Source: the human T2T-CHM13v2.0 reference genome, Homo sapiens
Assembly: GCF_009914755.1 (NCBI RefSeq)
Contig: NC_060933.1
Reading direction: 5' to 3' (one strand)
DNA: 64,000 bases
Positions 13,499 to 27,500 of this stretch are shown in pieces (position 1 is the stretch's first letter; every line of letters begins with the position of its first letter). Position numbers and translations under genes: made by a program. The notes under the pieces are model-generated. The model made no database searches and was not told the DNA's origin. It was given only the letters and a program-made list of their open reading frames with translations.

Positions 13499-13611
13499 TC
13501 CTTCCTTCCTTCCTTCCTTCCTTCCTTCCTTCCTTCCTTCCTTCCTTCCTTTCATTCCTCCCTCCTTTCTTCCTTTCCTTCCTTCCTTCTTTCCTTTCTT
13601 TCTTCTTCTTT
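13499..13611. repeat. (CCTT)n polypyrimidine microsatellite
   Basis: About 12 perfect CCTT units followed by degenerate units. Confidence 0.95.
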
Positions 13612-13874
13612 GTGAAGAATTACTCAAAAAAATTACTCAACTACTTTCATTTTGTAAACTGGAATATGCATGCAGGGAAAAATCAAAACTTGATTTCCAT
13701 TAGAAATGCATGTTATCCAGGTACTTGATTATTTAAAATAAATATGTCAGTATACATTACTAGATTTCTGGAAAACAAAACATTAAATGGTTTGTAGTAC
13801 TAAGTTGGTCTCTCTAAAGAAGAATTTACTAAAATAATTGATAAATTAATCTGGATGTCAGAAATGTGGTGAAT

Positions 13875-15690
13875 CAGAAAGAATAAAATACCTACAAGTA
13901 GAACTACAAAACAGCCCTCAAATAAATCAGAAATCACACAAACAAGTGGAAAAACAATCCATACAAATGGATAGAAAGAGTCAATATCAGAAAAATGGCC
14001 ATACTGCCCAAAGCAATTTATAGATTTAATACTATTCCTATTAAATGACTACTGAGACTTTTGGCAGAACCAGAAAAAAAAAACTATTTTAAAATTTATA
14101 TGAAACCAAAAAGAATCCAAATCACCAAAGGAATTCTAAACAAAAAGAACAAAGCTGGAGGCATCACACTACCCAACTTCAAACAATACTACAGGGCTAC
14201 AGTAACCAAAACAGCATGATATCAGTACAAAACAGACACGTGGACCAATGGAACAGAATAGAGAATCCAGAAATAAGGCCACACAACTACAATTACCTGA
14301 TCTTTGACAAACTTGACAAAAACAAGTAGTGGAGAAAGGATTCCTTATTCAATAAATTATGCTGTTATAACTGACTAGCCATATGCAAAAGATTGAAACT
14401 GGACCTCTTTCCTACACCATATCCAAAAAAAAAAAAAAAAAAAAAAAAAGAAAAAAAACTCTATATGGATTAAAAACTTAAAGGTAAAGCAAAAACTATA
14501 AAAACCCTGAAAGGCAACTTAGGCAATACCATTCAGGATACAGTAATAGACAAAGATTTCATAATGAAGACACCAAAACCAATTGCAACAAAAGTGAAAA
14601 TTGACAAATGGGAACTAATTAAACTAAAGCTTCTATATAGCAAAAGAAACTATTAACAGAGTAACCAGACAACCTACCGAATGGGAGAAAACTTTGCAAA
14701 CTATGCATATGACAAATGTCTAATATCCAGCATCTATAAGGAACATAAACAAATCTACAAGAAAAAAACAAACAACCCAATTAAAAACTGGGCAAAGGAC
14801 ATACACAGACACTTTTTAAAAGAAGACATACATGCAACCAACAATCATATGAAAAGAAGCTCAATATCACTGATCATTAGAGAAATGCAAATCAAAACCA
14901 CAATGAGATACCATCTCACACCAGTCAGAATGACTATTACTACAAAGTCAAAAAAATAAAAGATGCTAGTGAGGCTACACAGGAAAAGAATGCTTATTCA
15001 CCGTTGGTGGGAGTGTAAATCAGCTCAGCCATTGTGGAAGACAGTGTGGTGGTTTCTCAAAGACCTAAAAACAGAAATACCATTTGACCTAGCAATTTTA
15101 TTACTGAGTATATACCTAAAGGAATATACATCATTCTATTACAAAGACACATGCACATGTGTATTCATTGTAGCACAATTTATAATAGCAAAGACATGGA
15201 ATCCACCTAAACGCCCATCAATGACAGACTGGATAAAGAAAACAAAATACGCATCTATTTTGGTACATATACAAATACATGGTACATATACACCATAGAC
15301 TACTATGCAGCCATAAAAAGGAATGAGAACACGTCCTTTGCAGGGACATGGTTAGAGCTGGAGGCCATTATCCTTGGCAAACTAATGCAGGAACAGAAAA
15401 CCAAATACCCTATGTTCTCACTTATAAGTGGGGGATAAATGATGAACACACATGGACACACAGAGGGGAACGACACACAGTGGGGCCTATCAGAGGATGG
15501 AGATTGGGAGGAGGGAGAGGATCCAGAAAAATAACTAATGGGTACTAGACTTTATACCTATTACTAAGGTGACAAAATAATCTGTACAACAAACCCCCAC
15601 AACACAAGTTTACCTGTATTAAAAAACCTGTGCATGTACTCCTGAACTTAAAATAAAAGTTAAAAAAATTCCCTTAAATATATTTAAAAA
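13875..15690 (+). mobile_element. 5'-truncated older primate L1 (about L1PA13-16): ORF2 3' part and 3'UTR
   Basis: Peptides [20 protein letters not shown] and QPLWKTVW; 3'UTR GGAGAGGATCCAGAAAAATAACTAATGGGTACTAG; TSD AGAAATGTGGTGAAT (13860-13874)/AGAAATGTAGCGAAT (15691-15705). Confidence 0.9.
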
Positions 15691-15992
15691 AGAAATGTAG
15701 CGAATGATACATTTTGATGAAAATGAAAAGTAACACTTAGGCAACTTTTCACAGTATCTTCAACTTGGAATGAAATAGAATTCAAATAAGCTTATCTTGG
15801 GGATAGAAAAATAAATGAAAGTATACCCACCATTCTATGAGATCTCTTATGATGGAAATATGATTAATATTTTGAATTTATTAAAAAAACTCTAGTAAAT
15901 GAAGTTCTACTAGTGAGAGTAAAATAATAGAAGTTCAGTTGTTGTTATTTTAAAACTTCTCAATGAAGGGAGGTGAAATGGGAAATATTTTA

Positions 15993-16380
<388 letters not shown>

Positions 16381-19300
16381 TTAAAGATGACAGACACTGG
16401 AAATATAGACAGGAGTACAGAATGGCTAATCTACCAGTAAGTAGAAGCACTGCAAAGAAAAGAAATGTTTCGATCACAGGTAAATTACTTAATCTCTTTG
16501 AGCATTAATTTCCTACATTTTTAAACTGGCAATGAAAGTAAATATCTGGATATTATATATCAATTCAGTTCTGTGTTGCCCCTGAAAGTGTCCTGCCTGT
16601 GTAACGTCTTTGTTGTGAAGATTAATACTAGTTTCATCATAAAATAGGCGGTGTTCTACTATTTTTCCAATTATTTATTTTGTTTTAATCTTTATTATTT
16701 CTTTTTTTCTATTCCCATTGTATCTTCTTGTTCCTTTGCTAACTTTCTGGATCAAATGTTTAATTAGTTTGTTTTCTTCTTTCTTATTTGTGCATGTATG
16801 TAATTAATTTCCCTCTGAGAGCTGTCATAGTGCTATTCCTTAGGCATTCTGATATGTACTGTTTTCATTACTGTTATATTTTAGTATACTAAATAGACTG
16901 CAGTTTCACTTTGGGTTTTATCTTTGACTCAAAAAATTATTTGAAAGAGAAAGAATATTTTTTGTTTGCTTATTTATATACCCAGATGGCATATAATTTT
17001 TTTTTCTGATTCTGTTTTTATTCTAGTTTTTTATTTCATTGTGAATGCAGATAGTGTGACATTTCTAAGCTTTGTAATTTTATTTCCAAATTATTGTTTC
17101 TTCTGAGGACTTCACACGACCAAGGAAAGTTACCTACTGATGTGCCTATGTTGACATCAAACAGAAAAACAAGTATCACCTTGCATGAATTATTTTACTT
17201 ATCTGAAATAGTAGAAGCTTCTGTAGCTTTTTTACTTTAGTTTTAAATATCAACATTTTTCTTCCCACTCTATCTGTTGTGAAAGAGAAGAGTGGTTTTA
17301 CCACAGGGAAAATGTAGAATAGATGAGTTTACCTGAGATAATTACTACCAAGTAAGGTTTAAAAATGAAAAGATGAAAACTTACGTTATCTCTGGGAAAT
17401 ACTATAATCAAATAGACATAACCACAGATTTCAGTGCCTAAGGAAACTTAAGTATGTCTATGTTTTAATTCTATAAAACTGACCACCCTTATCACTGTAT
17501 CATCCTGGAACAGGAGACCCAGATTAGTCTGGCCTTGGCCAGAGTACAGTATCCTAGAGACCCAAGTCTGCTCTCAGATAGCTGTGGAATGTTGAACTGA
17601 GAGAAAAATTCCAAGAAACATCTCAAGAGAGTTCCCATCCACAACGTGGGAAGCCTGTCCTAGCAGAATAGCCAAGGCTTTGAAGGCTCCTATGCTCTGG
17701 TTTTATAAAATGTCATAAATTTCCAATTAGTAATTTTAGTTCTTTATGAATTTTTCATATAAACATGTTATAAGGGTTTTCTGTTCTTTTTCTTTTTAAA
17801 AAATGAACCAGCAGTTTTTATTTTCATTATGAATGTATTCAGCTAAGTGCTTCATGCTGTGATTTCTTCAGAGAAAGGGCTTAATGAACACTGAGCTGAA
17901 TTGAACGTAACCTTTCATGTTAACCAGACTTATCACGCTCCTGTTCTATTCAGTTTGTGATGCTTTTCTAACATTTGAGTAGTTTTTGCTATGCCCCTAG
18001 AATATGAAGTCTATCAAAAGATGCAGACAGGGTGAATGCACCTTTAATTCTTGGTTTCTCTGGAAATGTCTTTTGTTCTTCCTATAAGACAAATTGGTTT
18101 TCCTTTACTAAGGGTCTTGGCTACAATGCAGTCTGCATGGCATCTGCCTCATAGAGTTAGGTTTAACATCTCATCTACGTGATTACAATCCTTCAGATAC
18201 ATCACATTTCTGCAGATATGGCCTTAGTTTAGTCTTTCAATTAATCATTCTTCCTTCCCTGTGTCTCTTTTTTTCTGGGGAAGGTTTCAATATGTCAGAA
18301 TAGAATTATATCTCCCATTATATTTGAAGCATGAGAAAAGGAAAAACAAATACTGACTGTGTAGAACTAAAAACAAAAACATGCCAAGCACCAAATCACT
18401 TCTCTGTCTGCAGTTTGTAAATGGCACAATAGTAAGTTATGTTGCTTGACATTTGTAACTAAAGGACAGAGCAGATGGTAAGGACTTATTTAAAATTAAA
18501 ACAGAGAAAATATTTATTTAAATGAATAGCACTGCCAAGGCGTGATTTATTCTGTGTAGGGGCAGGCATGTGTTCAATAAAGCTTGTTCTAAACTAGAGT
18601 GAAATAATTTACTACAAATTGATAGGCCCTCATTTAAGTGAATTTCTATTAAGAAATCTACATTGACAGAAAAAGATTCTCCATTGCATTCACCATGTAT
18701 CATCCTGAAATGTTAAGCACATTTAAAACTCAATTATTGTCTTTGGTTTTCAAGAAATAACCCATATAAGACCCTGCCAACCAGATATTGATTATTGGAT
18801 TTATGTTTGAAATAAAAGACAATTTGATTTCATTTGAAGTCTTCAGGGAAAAGATATTGAACTTCATATTCCTCAGTGGGGACAAAAAAAGAAAAAAAGA
18901 AAAAAAAAGACCTAGACAGTAAGTCAAGTGATTTGGGAAACAGATTAAGTTTCTTAGGCCATTAGGTACTATATGGCTGTTTCTTAATTTTCTGTGACTG
19001 ATGCATTTCTTTGACATTCCTACCCTGAAAATTGGGTTAAACCGATGAACCACATTTTTGCTGTAAAACTGCAGTTGACAGAAATATAGAAGTGAAGATT
19101 CAGAAGCATTTACATGGCTGAATATCTCCAGACCAGAAGTTACAAACTGAAATACCTATAGGGTTAGGGTAGGTATAGGACAAAAGATACACATTTTGTA
19201 CCAAAGACTCTGCTTTCCTATTAAACAACAATAATAATATTTATTTCTACAAAGAAACGTAGTCTCTCTTTCTCTCTTTTTTGAAACACTAGCTCATTCA

Positions 19301-20139
19301 GATTTGTTTTTCCTTTGTGAACTTTTGCTAGAAACATATAAAGAGGGAAATATTTATTTACTCTAAAAAATCCTCAAGACATTTGATGATGAGTGATAAC
19401 CTACCTTCAGCCTCTCTGTCAAGGAGAACTGGAAAGTGTGTTTCCTGTCTAAAGGGTATAGCTGCAATGCTGAGCCAATATTTCCAAATGTGTTCACTTT
19501 CCCTACAAAAAAAGAAGAAAATAAAATCTTTAGTGGAAATATCGTAATTTTTCTAAAACGTTGGAATAATTTAACAATTTTTAAAATGCCATAAAGGAAA
19601 ACATTTTAGATCAAACAATATTGGTCTTCAGATAAAACTGAGCAACAGGGAGAGTTCTCTCAAACATTGTGTTTATTTAAATAGATATTGATAGAGTCCT
19701 ACAACCTGAAAAGGCAAGCAGATTAGAGTCTGACTCTATTATTAAGTGAAAAGCCAACAACTGCAAAACTAAATAGAATCCAGTACTCAAGCTATGAATT
19801 TAAGCAATTTTTAGATGTTACCTACATTCCCTAGTATACCTATGATGAACAAACTAAATACGAATAATTAAACAGTCAAATCTTTCTTATTTTTGTATAT
19901 GAGTCTTGATCCATCTGCTTTAGCTGTCTTTAGAGTTTTCCCAGTATGATTGGAAAGAATTATTACATTAAAGTGTTTACAGTATCCCCTTTGTATGAAC
20001 ATTTGTATGAAATTCTGAGATGTTCATTATTTAGGGTTTGAGATTATTTGTTTGTTTGTTTGTTTTACATTCTTTCAGCTGTTGAAAACTATAAATTAAC
20101 TAACCACTGAGGAATAATTACCCAGAAACTAAAACTTCT

Positions 20140-20305
20140 TACTACATGTTGGCTTTGGATGAGTTATTTACCTTTCTATACCATCTGTGAAATAGAAACA
20201 ATATTAATACTAACCTCTCAGGAATGTAAGGATTAAGTGACATACTGTATAAAATGCTTAAATCATGGTCTGGCACAGAAAGTACTCAGTAAATGTTAGT
20301 TATCA
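20140..20305 (+). mobile_element. MIR fragment
   Basis: CATCTGTGAAATAG...GGATTAAGTGA...TGGCACAGAAAGTACTCAGTAAATGTTAGTTAT, the MIR core and tail. Confidence 0.7.
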
Positions 20306-21876
20306 ACATAAATTTAAAATATTATTAATTAATAACTATTTTCTGGTAGAGAAGATGTAAATGAGGAGGAATTTCTAGAACATTAGATACAATTGTTCTC
20401 TCACCCTCCCATTAAAATCAAAAAGTGTAGTGACGCTAATGTCTTACACTCAGCGATTAAAATGACATACATTTATAAAGAAAAGGTCATGAAATTATAT
20501 CTCAGTAATGGTCTGACATCAAAACCAATCTGCTAGTTGTAGAGATGAAACCAAAGACAATTGACAACTCATCATTACAACAAAAACACCCACAAAGTCA
20601 GGTAGAGTAAATATGTAAGTCATAAATTCAAACCAAGAGATCATGAATTGGCCCTTGTGGTTGAGATAGATGACAAAAAAAAATGAAATACTGCCAGACT
20701 AAATCATTTCAATCACTGGAATCCTCATGGCATAAATTTATTCTAAAACAGTTTCATTTATGGTTGATGCAGTTGCTCATGCAGGAATAATGAATAAAAG
20801 AGAAATTATTAATATATTTCTGTAGGAAGTTACTAATCAAACTAACAGTCAAATGAAAAGCAGAGGATTGAGGAAGTTACCGAACTTGCCAAAGTTATAA
20901 AGCTACAAAAGAGTAAAAATAGGAATTCAAATGTGGACCTCTCACCCTTAAGAAATAATGCTCTTTTATTGCTATCTTACCATTTAGGGAGTGAGAGATT
21001 TCTCACTTAATGATCACTAAAAAGCAGTAGTTTGAACAAACAAATGTGTAGGTGGAGAACAAAAATTTTCACACAAGCGCAGTATACTCGTTTACCAACT
21101 GGAAAGGCACATTAGCCATTTGTTCATAGGCATTATTCAGTTGCTGAGCTTATTTGTAACATATTTAAGGTCAGGCATAGATTTGGGAATAAAATAAATG
21201 GTTTTTGTCTCAATTATATACTGTGATGTTAATATTTTTTGAGAAATATTTCATTTTTAAGTAGCCACAAGCATATAAAAACCACATCATCAGTCACATT
21301 TTACTCTGACAATAAAGAATGAAATTGCTACTATTAGCCTGATTGTATTCTGGATAATAATGACAGCCACGGAAGAAATACGCAAGTCTATTGAATTCAC
21401 TTATCTATACCGAAGGAACAAAGGTAGGTGTAAATAAAAAAGGCAGAACTATTAAATAGATTAAGGATTTTCTTCCATGGGTGACTAAAATGTAACAGCT
21501 TCCGCTAACTCAGAAAATTACACTGTAAGAATTGTTTGAGTTCATTTCAGTGTTATATTTTCCGTACTTGTCACAGATGGGCAATTCAAAGCCTTTTCTA
21601 CTGATTCAAATATAAATGCATAATGTTAAAATATTCTCCTTTCTAAACAAGACCTCATAATTCAATTGTAAGTATTGTATGAACACTTTAGTGAACTCTG
21701 GCTAGAGTCCTAACTCAGTTCACTGTCCACCTGTATTTCATTATGTTGAATGTGAAAAAATCATGTCCTAACCCCTCAATATTTTCCCATCAAGATTTCC
21801 AAATATGTTTCTAATAAATAAATAATAAATAACTTTCAAAATGTAGCCACTGATGTACTTCAGATCTTCTATGTAA

Positions 21877-22195
<319 letters not shown>

Positions 22196-22599
22196 ATAAC
22201 TATTCTTTCAACCCAGACATAGATATGAAGAAGATACATGCACTCTGATTTTCAGCAACTTGACAAAAATAACGTTATAGAAGATATCTACAGTGATCAC
22301 AGAATTAAACGTTATTGATAAATTAAACAAATCAACAAGCATTGTGCAGTTTAAATTACAACAATGAAAGATATCTTGCTCTTACCTATAATACCCCTTA
22401 AATACAAAGAATGCAATCAATGCAATAAGTTCCAAAATAGATCCTTTCTGAGTCAAGAAAACAAAAAATTATTGAGCTGCATATTTGTTTGGTTTTTCAA
22501 AATTCATTCATATTTTTCTTGATAAGAACATTTGTTTCTTTTGTATGTGTCCTCTTTTGGCTACATATATCCTGCCACCTTCTCAACAACAAAAACACA

Positions 22600-23775
22600 A
22601 AGTTGGGCATAAGGACTTGAATATACATTTCTCCAATGAAGATATACAAATGGACAACAAGCACATAGTAAGATGCTTCACATAATTAGTTCTTAAGGAA
22701 ATGCAAATCAAAATCACAATTAAATAGTACTTCATACCCACCAGGTGGGCTACTGGGAAAAAAATAGAAAATAACACGTCTTTAAGAATATGTGGAGAAA
22801 TTAGAACCTTTGACGGTAGGAATGTAAAATTGTGCAGACACTATGAAAAACAGTCTGACAATTTCTCAAAAGTTAAACAATTACCAGAGTGCCCAGAATG
22901 CCCATACTTGGATATATAACATAATTAAAAACTCATACTAAAACAAACACTTGAATACATGAATAGTCATAGCAGCACAATTTACAATTGTCAAAGGTGA
23001 AAACAACCCAAAAGTGCATCAATAAATGAATGGATAAACAAACTGTGGTGTACACATGCAATGAAATATTACTCTATAAAATTATTCCATATTGCAGTAT
23101 TGTCCGATAAAAAGAAATGAAGCATTAATACATGCTATAATGAGAATAAACCTCAAAAGCATTTTGCTAAGTGAAAAAAGCTAGACACCAAAAGTCACAT
23201 GTATGATTCAATGTATATAAAATATCCACAGTAGGTAAATCTATAGAGACAGAAAGCACATTAGTGGTTGCCAGCAGCCAAGGGAAGGGAAGAATGATGA
23301 GTAACAGCTTAAGGGCTAGGGGGTTATATTTTGGGGCAATGAAAATATTTTAGAACTAGATAGAAGTGGTGATTGTACAACATTGTGAATATACTAAATG
23401 CTACCAAATAATTCACTTTTTAAATTTTTTTGCAGAGACATCTCAAGCTGGAATTCAATGGCGTGATCATAGCTCACTGCAACCTTGAACTTCTGGGCTC
23501 AAGCAAACCTCCCACATCAGCATCTCAAGTAGCCAGGACTGCAGGCATGTGCTACCATACCTGACTAATTATTTATTTTTATTTTTATTTTTTTTTACAG
23601 AGACAGGGTCTTGTTATGTTGCCCAGGCTGATTTTCGACTATTTTCCTGGACTCAAGCAATCCTCCTGCCTTAGGTTCCCAATGTGCTGGGATTACAGGT
23701 GTGAGCTACTGTGCCCACCTATTCACTTTAAAATGGTTAATTTTATATTTTGTAACGTTCACTTCAATTAAAAAA
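22600..23775 (+). mobile_element. L1MB-type 3' end interrupted by an AluJ
   Basis: KDLNIHFSNEDIQM peptide; L1MB 3'UTR motifs (ATAGAGACAGAAAG, CAACATTGTGAATATACTAAATGC...AAAATGGTTAATTTTAT). Confidence 0.8.
23425..23719 (-). mobile_element. AluJ inserted in L1MB
   Basis: GATCATAGCTCACTGCA and GGGCTCAAGC J-type motifs; ATTCACTTT duplicated on both flanks. Confidence 0.9.
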
Positions 23776-25129
23776 GGATATACTCTTGTCCTTTGCCCAA
23801 AGGAATAACAACAAGACCAAAACTTAGACAGAGTCTTTTATTGAAAACCTTAATTATTAAGTGAGAGCTGAAATTATTTAAAAGTGACTAACCCTCTTTC
23901 ATTACAATGGAAGTCTTACGATGGTGATGATTATTATTGGTATTATAATTATTGCTATGTTTCTTATTGACATATTCATCTGTTTTTTTACCCTATAACA
24001 CCAAATGTATTTCTATGAACAGAATACAAAACAAATCTATGCAGGAAGATCTTCTAAGCTTTGCACTTCCAGACGTGGTGGATACAGCTGCTAGCTTTAG
24101 CGTCATTCCACCACAGGTTTCCATTTGAAAACCTAGGACCAGTTATTTACTCATAGCCTTAAGCCTTATGTTACATTGCTCTTTTCATTATAAATAGCAC
24201 ACTTATATCCCCAAACTGTCTAGAAAATAGTACAATAAATTGCCATAATGAAAACCAGTAGCTTTTTTTTTTTTTTTCTGAGAGCACCACTACTGCTCCT
24301 CTCGAAAGGGAATTTCTCAAGAATTTGTCCCTATATATTTCAAGTTTCGGGATTAGAAATAACATATTTAAGACACCAATGCTTATTTCAGGCCATTACT
24401 ATTAGAAATTTACCTACAAACACTGCTTTTCCTTTAAAAATTGTAACTAATACACTTTCTCTTCTGTGCTGCCTGTTGATGCAGGACTTACAGGTACTCA
24501 TTCTCATTAATCAAAGAGTTTACCAAATTTCTCACAGTCTTTCTGTCCAATTCAAGTTATACCAACTTGTTGACATGCAAGGTCATCAACAACTTTTCAA
24601 AGTGGCTGTTGACAACATATAAGTTAAATAAACTTTCATTGATTATTCAAGTCATTACACCCAAGTCTTCAAAATATCAGTTTGTGAATGACTCCCAATC
24701 ATAGACCTCCAACACAGATCCCTCAATCCTCATGCAGTGCACTTCTCAATCATGAAATCTTACAGGCACTTCAAAATTATTCTGATTAAACTTAACTTTT
24801 ACACACGTTTTTCTTCTACCATTTAATCTTTCTACCATGCAGTTAGAAACCAATGAGTCATCTTTGACCTTTCCGTCATTCTTATAGGGTCTCATTCACC
24901 TCATCTTAACATTTCTATCCTTAGAGTTCTATCCTGAATTTCTATCTATGTTCATTCCACAATATTAGGTGTTTTTTTTTAAATCATTTCTTACTTCGAT
25001 CTTTTTAAAAGGCAAATGTGCTCAAATGTAATTTGCACTAAAATATTTCACAATTTGTATTTGTCATTTTAAATTCATCATCCTTAAACCTCATATTCTG
25101 CCACAGCTTTCTATCACTCTATTGTTTCC

Positions 25130-25430
25130 TTATTTATTTATTTGTTTATTTATTTATTTTTTTGAGACAGTCCCATGCTGGAGTGCAGTGGCATGATTTT
25201 GGCTCACTGCAGCCTCCGCCTCCTGGGTTCCAGCGATTCTTATGCCTCATTCTCCTGAGTAGCTGGACTACAGGAGCACGCCACCATTTCCAGCTAATTT
25301 TTGTATTTTTAGTAGAGATGGGGTTTCACCATGTTGCCCAGGCTGGTCTCAAACTCCTGGCCTCAAGTGATCCACTCAGCTCAGCCTCCCAAAGTGCTAG
25401 GATTACGGGCATGAGCTGCCACAACTGGCC
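25130..25430 (-). mobile_element. Alu (old S/J type) with (TTTA)n tail
   Basis: Dimer with a small deletion near the 3' end. Confidence 0.9.
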
Positions 25431-25647
25431 TCCTTTTTTTTTTTTTTAAATATACACTAGCATGCTTTCACTCAGCCCTAAGCCTTTATAAATGGTGTTC
25501 CTCTTGCCTTGAATGCTCCTAACCAATTATTGTTTCCATGCTCATTCTAAAGAAATCAGTTCTGATTGACTAACTCCCAGGAGCTATATCCTTTCTCTTA
25601 CCCTTCTACCATTACATATCCATCTATTTGTTTTCATAGCAATACTA

Positions 25648-25948
25648 TTTTTTTTTTCCTATTTTTTTTAGACGGAATCTCTCTCTGTCACCCAGGTTGG
25701 AGTGCAGTGATGATCTCAGCTCACTGCAACCTCCAGCTCTCTCATTCAAGCAATTCTCCTGCCTCAGCCTCCCAAGTAGCTGGGATTACAGGCTCTGGGC
25801 ACCATGCCTGGCTAATTTTTGTATTTTTAGTAGAGACGGGGTTTCACCTTGTTGGCCAGGCTGGTCTCAAACTCCTGACCTTAGGTGATCCGCCTGCCGT
25901 GGCCTCCCAAAGTGCTAGGATTACAGGCGTGAGCCACTGTGCCAGGCC
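25648..25948 (-). mobile_element. Alu, AluSx-like
   Basis: Full dimer with a T-rich tail. Confidence 0.92.
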
Positions 25949-26463
25949 TCAGTGCATTTTTGTCATTGTACTTATCATATTAGATTGTAAATCGAACGTT
26001 TAGTATAATATTTATGAAAAAATACATAATTAATACAGGCCTGTGAATGCAAAAATAAATGAATTTACAAAATCAAACTTTAAAACAATTATTTTAAAGT
26101 ATCCATAGAAAATATTTGTGTAATGTGAAATAAGGTTTTATATTATGAATGGATTAGATGTGTTTACAATTAATATGTAAATGTAGAGTTTGTAGTTGGA
26201 AATGTTTACAATTGAAAATGTAGTTGCCAACAGAAGAGCTATTTCTTTGAGGGTCTATCTTACTGACTGGGTGTAGAAACAACTCATACAATGTAAACCA
26301 AAACTACACAAAATGCTTTATAAGTGTAGTAGGTTTTATGAAAGAAAAAGAAATTGAATAATACAATGGAGGGTAACTGGTTTGCAAGAAGGTATTTTGT
26401 TTCATATTATCAGGGGAGGCTACTTGGAAGTGGTGTCATTTTATCTGAAATTGAAAAATAAAT

Positions 26464-26758
26464 GGCCAGGCACGGTGACTCATGCCTGTAATCCCAGCAG
26501 TTTGGGAGGCCGAGGTGGGGGGATCATGAGGTCAGGAGTTTGAGACCAGCCTCACCAACATGGTGAAACCCCGTCTCTACTAAAAACATAAAAAAATTAG
26601 CTGGGCGTGGTGGCGGGTGCCTGTAATCCCAGCTACTCAAGAGGCTGAGGCATGAGAACTGTTTGAATCCGGGAGATGGAGGTTGCAGTGAGCCAAGATT
26701 GCGCCACCGTACTCCAGCCTGGGCGACAAAGCAAGACTCTGTCTCAAAAAAAAAAAAA
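26464..26758 (+). mobile_element. Alu, AluSg-like
   Basis: Full dimer; TSD GAAAAATAAAT at 26453-26463 and 26759-26769. Confidence 0.95.
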
Positions 26759-26769
26759 GAAAAATAAAT

Positions 26770-27500
26770 AAGGGTCCACTACATGGTGATGCAGGAGGAA
26801 AGTGTACAGGAAGATAGAATGGCAGATGAAAGACCATGAGATTGGGATGATTTGGCATTTTTCTGTAACTGAAAAAAGAGCTAGTATGATTGAAAAGGTG
26901 ATGAGATTGAGGAGGGCTATGTGTATTTAGCCATAGAAGAAGTTTTTCAATTAGATTTTATTATGCTATCAAAAAGGGCAATGAGAAGGCATCACAAGTT
27001 TTTAGACAGAGGAGTGATGAAATCTAAACTATTTGTAAAAGCCGTTATTGATGAGGTAAGACAATTTTAGGAGGGTAGGGTGTGTTGTGCCAAGAATAGA
27101 AGCAGGGGACCAATGAGAAGATTATTGTAGTCACCTATTCAAGCAATGAGAGAAACCTAGAGTGGTAGCCATGGAAATGGAAGAGTAAACGGATTTCATT
27201 ATGTCTTTTTGAGATAATCTGAATAAGAATTGCTGATAGGTTACATATGAGGGAGGAATACAGGAAGGAAGAGCACACACTGTATCCTAAATCATTTGCT
27301 TCATAATTAGATGGATGGGGATGACATCTACTGATATGGGGTTGAAAGGAGAGAGAGTAAATCATCTTTTAAAAATATTAATTTTAACACACCTAACATC
27401 ACTCAAATGGACACATCAGGTAAACAAGTGTCGTCATAATAGCATGTTAAAATGTAAAGTTTTGAAAGAGACAAACATTCAGCAGATATCAAATACCAAA
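26770..27500 (-). mobile_element. Degraded L2 fragment (probably continues left of the Alu)
   Basis: Antisense L2-like motifs such as CAAGAATAGAAGCAGGGGACCAATGAGAAGATTATTGTAGT; boundaries approximate. Confidence 0.55.

Noticed and set aside
17800-18000. Possible conserved enhancer-like unique sequence (also about 33870-34080)
   Set aside because: Impression only; conservation cannot be judged without alignments
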